A stretch of 64,000 nucleotides of DNA, taken from an uncultured Verrucomicrobiota bacterium. GTDB taxonomy: Bacteria; Verrucomicrobiota; Kiritimatiellia; JAAZAB01. Positions within the stretch are counted from its first letter, which is position 1; each line of letters begins with the position of its first letter. The notes below the pieces were generated by a model. The model was not told where the DNA came from and made no database searches. It saw only the letters and a program-made list of their open reading frames with translations. The translations under genes were made by a program, and so were the position numbers. The stretch is taken from positions 4,016 through 68,015 of the forward strand of contig CAZALU010000004.1 in the NCBI GenBank assembly GCA_964486075.1. Direction: 5' to 3'. Positions 59,187 through 64,000 of this stretch are shown piece after piece.

Positions 59187-60362
59187 CTACTGCGCCGTCA
59201 TTGTCGCGGGCCGGATTGGATAATCCCCCCAGTGATCGCGACACCATTTCATCTGCAATATGTTTTCCTTCCTGGCACCGACCGCCAGGGAATGGCTGGA
59301 ACCCATGATATAACCGCCGCCGGGAGCGGCATGGCTGAACGCGTAGCGCGCGTCATCCTGAATGTCTTTGACCGAGCCGGAGATGATATGCTCGTGCCAG
59401 ATGCCGCCCCAGAGACATATCTTATCGCCCACGCGTTCCTTTAATTTGCGAATGTCCATACCGGCCGAAGCCTGAATAGCCTCATAGGCGTCATAGATTT
59501 CGGCCAGTTCATCGATTATCGGCCAGGTGTGTCCACAGCAGTGCTTCAAAACTTTTAGCCCCAGCTTGCGGGCCTCTTCCGCGTAGGCCTTTTGCCAGGG
59601 ATAGACTATTTCGCGATAGATTTCAGGGCTGGCCATCAGGCCGGTGCTGGTGCCCAGGTCGCCGCAAGGCATGATCCCGTCAATGCCCAGGCACGCGTAA
59701 TTCCGCACGGCGCGGATCATGCGCCGCCCCTGCAGCTCGGCGATTTTCCGACAAATTTCCGGCTCCAGCAGAAGGCTCATCCAGATGTCCTCGGAAGTCG
59801 GGCCGAACCCGGGAAAGTTGACATCACCGCACAGCAGCATGATGAAATGGGTGGCCTTCATTTCATTGACGGCATGCCGGACGAACTCCCAGGATGAAGA
59901 CTGCGGATCGCACGTCGGCTCGGACTCTACGCTGTCGATTTCCTTTTGCAGGCTGGCGAGGGTTGGCGGAACATAGCCGGCGGTGTTCATCTGGTACGGC
60001 ATGAGGCAATGGGTTGCCGTCGAAACCTTGTAAATGTGCCCGTTGTCGTCGCGATAGGTTTCCTCGTCCAGCTTCCGCATCGGCTTCTCCCGGTAGCCAA
60101 CGGGCGGGACCTGGCTCACAAACACAATGTCCATCTCCAGGGCTTTAACCAAATCCAGGCGATCGCGCTTGTAACTGGCCACGATTTCATCGCGTCGGCC
60201 GTCCCAGTAGGCCTGGGTTTCGCGCATTTTGGATTGGACAAGGGTCGGCCGTCCCAGAATGTCCTCGTAGACATTGTAATCTATAGAATGTTCGCCCCAC
60301 GGGATCCGATCAGGCTCACGGTGCTCTAGGGCGGCTAAGACTCTGGCTCTGGGCAGCATCAT
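59187..60362 (-). CDS. uroporphyrinogen-decarboxylase (URO-D/MtaA) superfamily protein
   Basis: URO-D-like TIM barrel region (CGHTWPIIDELAEIYDAYEAIQ, GIMPCGDLG). Confidence 0.6.
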   Translation of the reverse strand: MMLPRARVLAALEHREPDRIPWGEHSIDYNVYEDILGRPTLVQSKMRETQAYWDGRRDEIVASYKRDRLDLVKALEMDIVFVSQVPPVGYREKPMRKLDEETYRDDNGHIYKVSTATHCLMPYQMNTAGYVPPTLASLQKEIDSVESEPTCDPQSSSWEFVRHAVNEMKATHFIMLLCGDVNFPGFGPTSEDIWMSLLLEPEICRKIAELQGRRMIRAVRNYACLGIDGIMPCGDLGTSTGLMASPEIYREIVYPWQKAYAEEARKLGLKVLKHCCGHTWPIIDELAEIYDAYEAIQASAGMDIRKLKERVGDKICLWGGIWHEHIISGSVKDIQDDARYAFSHAAPGGGYIMGSSHSLAVGARKENILQMKWCRDHWGDYPIRPATMTAQ

Positions 60363-61003
60363 ATTTGCCTTGCGACTTGTTTAATTTGACGCACTACAGC
60401 GTTGCAACTGCAACAATCTATAGAGGCTTCGATTATATATCAATGTATTTTCTCCCGCCCGGTTGACGCCCCTCTGACCGCGCCTTTACTTGATAGTGTG
60501 GCTGAATTGTGCGACGAGCTGGCGTAAAATTCACCCAAAGGGCCGCCACGTGAGTCACGTTCCACGTGCCAACGCAATCACGTGATGATGGCCGCGTAAA
60601 ACGCGGCCAAACGGGGTTAATGAATTAGGCTCTGCAGCGGAGGCAATTTTTCCTTTAATCGACGCCTTTCCGCCAGCGACGGATCCGCCTTCCTCCGCAG
60701 CTATAGCTATGGCGGACAAGTCGGTGGAAATCAAGTAGCAGCGGCGACTGTTCATAGTTCAGGGTGGGAGGCGCGCTACGCGCGGCGACGGGTCGGCCAT
60801 ACTGGTCGCGGCGCACAGCACCCTTCCCACAAAGATTGTCCGCCAATGGCGGAAAATTCGGCCTGGTTCCAAAGATGTCTGTCTTGGGTAACATTTTAAC
60901 CGAACTTATTCATCAAGGCTTCGTCCCGGCGCAGCAATTCGCATGCTGGCCTTTAGACCCTCGCGACCTTGCGTCGCGGGTGAAGAGATTGGCTGGGAAA
61001 GCG

Positions 61004-61075
61004 CCCTTTTCCAGCCAATCTGTCGCCCCTGCCGCGCAAGGCGGCAGGAGGCGCAGGCCATAATGGCAATTGCTG
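61004..61075 (+). repeat. conserved ~70-nt leader-like element, copy B (upstream of purM), preceded by an 10-bp inverted-repeat partner
   Basis: cccttttccagccaatctgtcgcccctgccgcgcaaggcggcaggaggcgcaggccataatggcaattgctgg. gattggctgg at 60988 pairs with ccagccaatc at 61011. Confidence 0.6.
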
Positions 61076-61564
61076 GTCCCAACGTATGCCCCACGGGCTG
61101 ATAAAATGTGTAACCCTTTTTTGAACCATGCCCAAAATTCCTATACATTAAATTAGGCACGGCAGTTGCCAGTCAACCTTTACTGTAGCCGACCACGCTG
61201 GGGTCGGTACTGCTCTTCTGTCGCCGATCCCGATACGCTTCATGTTCGGGATCTGGTCGGTCATCCGCCAAGCCAAAGACCGCGCCCAACGTGCGCGACT
61301 ACAAAAGATCGTCCGCCGGAAGGCGGATCCACCGCAGGCGGAAAACCCCTATACATCCAGGTTGTTTTTGAAACTTCACGCCTTGTTCCAGCGGGCAATG
61401 CCCGCAATGCCTTGTGTAACGATACAGACGGGACGCCATGACTATACCCCTCTCCACCTCTCTGGCCTATTACGAAATAATCCCTTTTTCTCTTTCATCC
61501 CGCACCTTTCTTCTGTTAGTTTGTACCCGTTGTATTGAAATCCAATTATCGAGCATCGTTCATC

Positions 61565-62596
61565 ATGAAAAAACCAACCTCTGCTTACGCCGCCGCCGGC
61601 GTTAATATCGACCACAAGATGGCCGCGTTAAAGGCCGTCAAGAAAATGATCAAGACCACCGCGGTTCCCGGACTGCTTAGCGAGATCGGCGCCTTCGGCG
61701 GCATGTTCGCCGCGCCGGGCCGGGACAAGGTCCTGATCGCCAGCACCGACGGCGTGGGCACCAAGCTCAAGGTGGCGGTCATGGCCGGCCGGCACGACAC
61801 TGTCGGCCAGGATATCGTCAATCACTGCGTCAACGATATCCTCGTCCAAGGCGCAACGCCGCTTTTCTTTCTGGACTATTTCGGGACTGCCCGCTTCCAG
61901 CCTGCGGCATTCCGGCAGGTCGTAGCCGGCCTGTGCAAGGCCTGCCGTGAGAATAATTGCGCTCTGATCGGCGGGGAAACCGCGGAAATGCCCGGCCTGT
62001 ATCCCCCGGGCGAATATGACCTGGTGGGCACCATTGTCGGTGTTGTGGACCGCAAAAAAATAATCAGCGGGCGGATGATCCGGCCGGGCGATATTCTGAT
62101 CGGACTGCCCTCCTCCGGCCTGCATACCAACGGCTATTCGCTGGCACGTAAAATTATTTTCGATAAGGCTAAACTTGGACTGCGCGACATCCTGCCCGGC
62201 ACCGACCGGAGCGTGGCCGACGTTCTTCTGGCCGTGCACCGCAGCTATCTGAAACCGGTCGAACAATTGAGCAAACGGGTTGTCATCCGCGGCCTGGCCC
62301 ATATCACCGGCGGCGGATTCCCGGACAACACGGCCCGCATACTGCCCAAGTCGGTGGATGCTGTTTTCGACCGTTCAGCATGGACGGTGCCGCCTGTCTT
62401 CCAGTTTTTACAAAAACGGGGACGGGTAGAGCGGGATGAAATGTACCGCGTGTTCAACATGGGGATCGGAATGGTGATCGCGGTTCGTCCCTCTGATCGC
62501 AAAGTCGCCCTGGCGACCCTGCAACGGTCCAAGGCCCATCCGCTCGAGATTGGCTGGATCAAAAAAGGCTCAGGAACAGTCAGCCTTATCAATTAA
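61565..62596 (+). CDS. purM: phosphoribosylformylglycinamidine cyclo-ligase (AIR synthetase)
   Basis: YAAAGVNID N-terminus and DGVGTKL motif. Start set at MKKPTS. Confidence 0.9.
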   Translation: MKKPTSAYAAAGVNIDHKMAALKAVKKMIKTTAVPGLLSEIGAFGGMFAAPGRDKVLIASTDGVGTKLKVAVMAGRHDTVGQDIVNHCVNDILVQGATPLFFLDYFGTARFQPAAFRQVVAGLCKACRENNCALIGGETAEMPGLYPPGEYDLVGTIVGVVDRKKIISGRMIRPGDILIGLPSSGLHTNGYSLARKIIFDKAKLGLRDILPGTDRSVADVLLAVHRSYLKPVEQLSKRVVIRGLAHITGGGFPDNTARILPKSVDAVFDRSAWTVPPVFQFLQKRGRVERDEMYRVFNMGIGMVIAVRPSDRKVALATLQRSKAHPLEIGWIKKGSGTVSLIN

Positions 62597-62680
62597 CCAC
62601 CCATAAATTGTGCTATGGAGCCAGAATTACTAGCTTGGCTTGTGTTCCCACAGAGAACCGGATACAGTTAGGTTTAATTC

Positions 62681-63205
62681 ATGAAAGTTCCCTATCATGC
62701 TGTCGTGTCCCTGGCGGTCAGCGCCTTAGTATGGCTGTGGCTGCGTTCGTTCGCCGCCGCTCTGGCCTGTTTCCTGGCCGGTGTTTTCATCGACTTGGAT
62801 CATCTCGTCGATTACTGCCTGAAATACGGAACAAGGATCCGGCTTCGCCGTCTGTTCCACGTTTTCGAGACCGAGGTGTTAGACAACGTTTTCGTTTTTC
62901 TGCATGCCTGGGAATGGATTCCGCTGGCCCTGGTGATTATGTGGCTGGTTGACGACTGGCCGCCGGTGGCGATTGGACTGCTGATCGGGTTTTCCGTGCA
63001 CTTGGCGTTCGACCAGTTGCTCAATCGACACCATCCCTGGGCCTATTTTTTTACATTTCGCGCCGCGCACCGGTTTTCCGGGCCGCACTTTTACGGGGCC
63101 CGTGAATACCGTCGGCGACTGAAGGGGATGAAAGAGAAGGACAGCGCCAGACACTCTGTTGCTGGCGATGCCGCCGCCAGGGTTGGAAACAATGGCAGAC
63201 ATTAG
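62681..63205 (+). CDS. membrane-bound metal-dependent hydrolase, DUF457/YdjM-like
   Basis: Three TM segments with conserved FIDLDHL and HLAFDQLL His motifs. Confidence 0.6.
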   Translation: MKVPYHAVVSLAVSALVWLWLRSFAAALACFLAGVFIDLDHLVDYCLKYGTRIRLRRLFHVFETEVLDNVFVFLHAWEWIPLALVIMWLVDDWPPVAIGLLIGFSVHLAFDQLLNRHHPWAYFFTFRAAHRFSGPHFYGAREYRRRLKGMKEKDSARHSVAGDAAARVGNNGRH

Positions 63206-63350
63206 CACCTCATCCACACGAAATTGTTATATCATGCCATATCTTGTTGAATCCGGCATCAGCTCTGACCTGCTCGGACAGGCGATGTCGGCTACAGTAA
63301 GAGTTGCACCCTGATCCGGATCGGGGCGCCTAATTTAAAAGGAGTCTTTG

Positions 63351-64000
63351 ATGAGCCGATTGTGCTGGATATTGATATTGACGACGCTGCTCGCGCCGCT
63401 GTCAGTGCAGACGCAGGTGGTCGTGATCAAGCCTATGAACGAAGCATCTTTGCTGGATATGTCGTCCTTTAAAAGTAACTCCGACGGCACACCGGAATTA
63501 TTCCGTCGCACGCTGGAAACGGACCTGAACCGTTCCGAATATTTCAAGGTCGTCACCGGCGGCCGCGCCGAATACACGCTTGTCGGCGAGGTTGGCGTAG
63601 ACGGGGCATCGCTTAACGCCCGTTGTGAAGCGTATAACACCGTCACCCGCGAACGCCATATCGGCAAGACCTTCAAGGGTTCCGCCAATGCAGCTCGCGG
63701 CCTGGCGCACACGGTAGCTGACGAAATCATTCTGGCGCTTACCGGCCAGCCGGGCATGGCTGCCTCCCGGCTCGTGCTGGTCGGCAACCGCACGGGGAAC
63801 AAGGAGCTCTATCTTTGCGATGCCGACGGCCAGAATCTCCAACAGCTGACTCGGGACAAAACTCTGAGCCTATCTCCGAAGTGGGCGCCCGACGGCAACC
63901 GGATCGTTTACACCTCGTTTCGCGCCAACTTCCCGGACGTCTACCTAATCACCTTGAGCGGCAATTCCTGGAAAAGCCGCTGCATCGCCAATTTTCCAGG
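63351..64000 (+). CDS. tolB: Tol-Pal system periplasmic protein TolB (N-terminal part; continues past window end)
   Basis: AAGGAG RBS. Signal peptide MSRLCWILILTTLLAPLSVQTQ. TolB N-domain then first beta-propeller blades (LSLSPKWAPDGNRIVYTS). Confidence 0.8.
   Translation, partial: MSRLCWILILTTLLAPLSVQTQVVVIKPMNEASLLDMSSFKSNSDGTPELFRRTLETDLNRSEYFKVVTGGRAEYTLVGEVGVDGASLNARCEAYNTVTRERHIGKTFKGSANAARGLAHTVADEIILALTGQPGMAASRLVLVGNRTGNKELYLCDADGQNLQQLTRDKTLSLSPKWAPDGNRIVYTSFRANFPDVYLITLSGNSWKSRCIANFP

Noticed and set aside
61160-61320. Possible ZTP (pfl) riboswitch upstream of purM
   Set aside because: Only vague similarity (GGGGTCGG, CCGCGCCC). The characteristic pseudoknot partners and GGGTCGTGAC block are absent.
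61628-62302. 224-aa minus-strand ORF
   Set aside because: Antisense inside purM.

Overview
This 64 kb window is a high-GC (about 60%) bacterial chromosomal segment. It is gene-dense and mostly housekeeping. The mix of proteins has a PVC-superphylum / Verrucomicrobia-like flavour: a Ser/Thr kinase fused to leucine-rich repeats, a eukaryote-type GH13 branching enzyme, SH3b and TPR proteins, and an orphan T2SS gspKLM trio.

Genes called, in order: a 5'-truncated IS481-like transposase at the left edge; a four-gene minus-strand accessory operon (secreted HEAT-repeat protein, 1128-aa giant surface protein, low-GC secreted protein, peptidoglycan-binding-domain protein whose 3' end runs into the IS); truA, ruvX, manC; a FadL-like outer-membrane protein; a processive GT2 glycosyltransferase; mntP with a candidate Mn riboswitch; thrC; the kinase-TM-LRR protein; an O-methyltransferase; a PfkB kinase-lplT-SGNH hydrolase-aas cluster in which Aas carries an embedded ACP domain; a second GT2; dinB translationally coupled to a MnmA-like PP-loop ATPase; an RluB/RsuA-family pseudouridine synthase; an SH3b protein; trxA; a repetitive disordered tail-anchored protein inside pyrH-frr-X-trxA; a GHL10/DUF187 protein; gmhB; a TPR protein; gspK-gspL-gspM; der; class II RNR nrdJ; pgpA; tRNA-Leu(TAG); a tandem-domain NDK; rsmB-like; a nitroreductase; a standalone CBM48 protein plus eukaryote-type glgB; an IS1634-family IS; a URO-D-like protein; purM; a DUF457 membrane hydrolase; and the tolB 5' end.

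Several non-coding repeats are not explained by the genes. They are a GGATCCGCYTTCGGCGGACAAT-cored structured element upstream of three minus-strand genes, a roughly 70-nt conserved leader-like element upstream of both rluB and purM, a 29-bp perfect nested palindrome, a 22-bp exact inverted repeat pair 12.5 kb apart, and a 1.2 kb gene-free region carrying a CACGTG array.

No CRISPR array, rRNA or obvious prophage is present.
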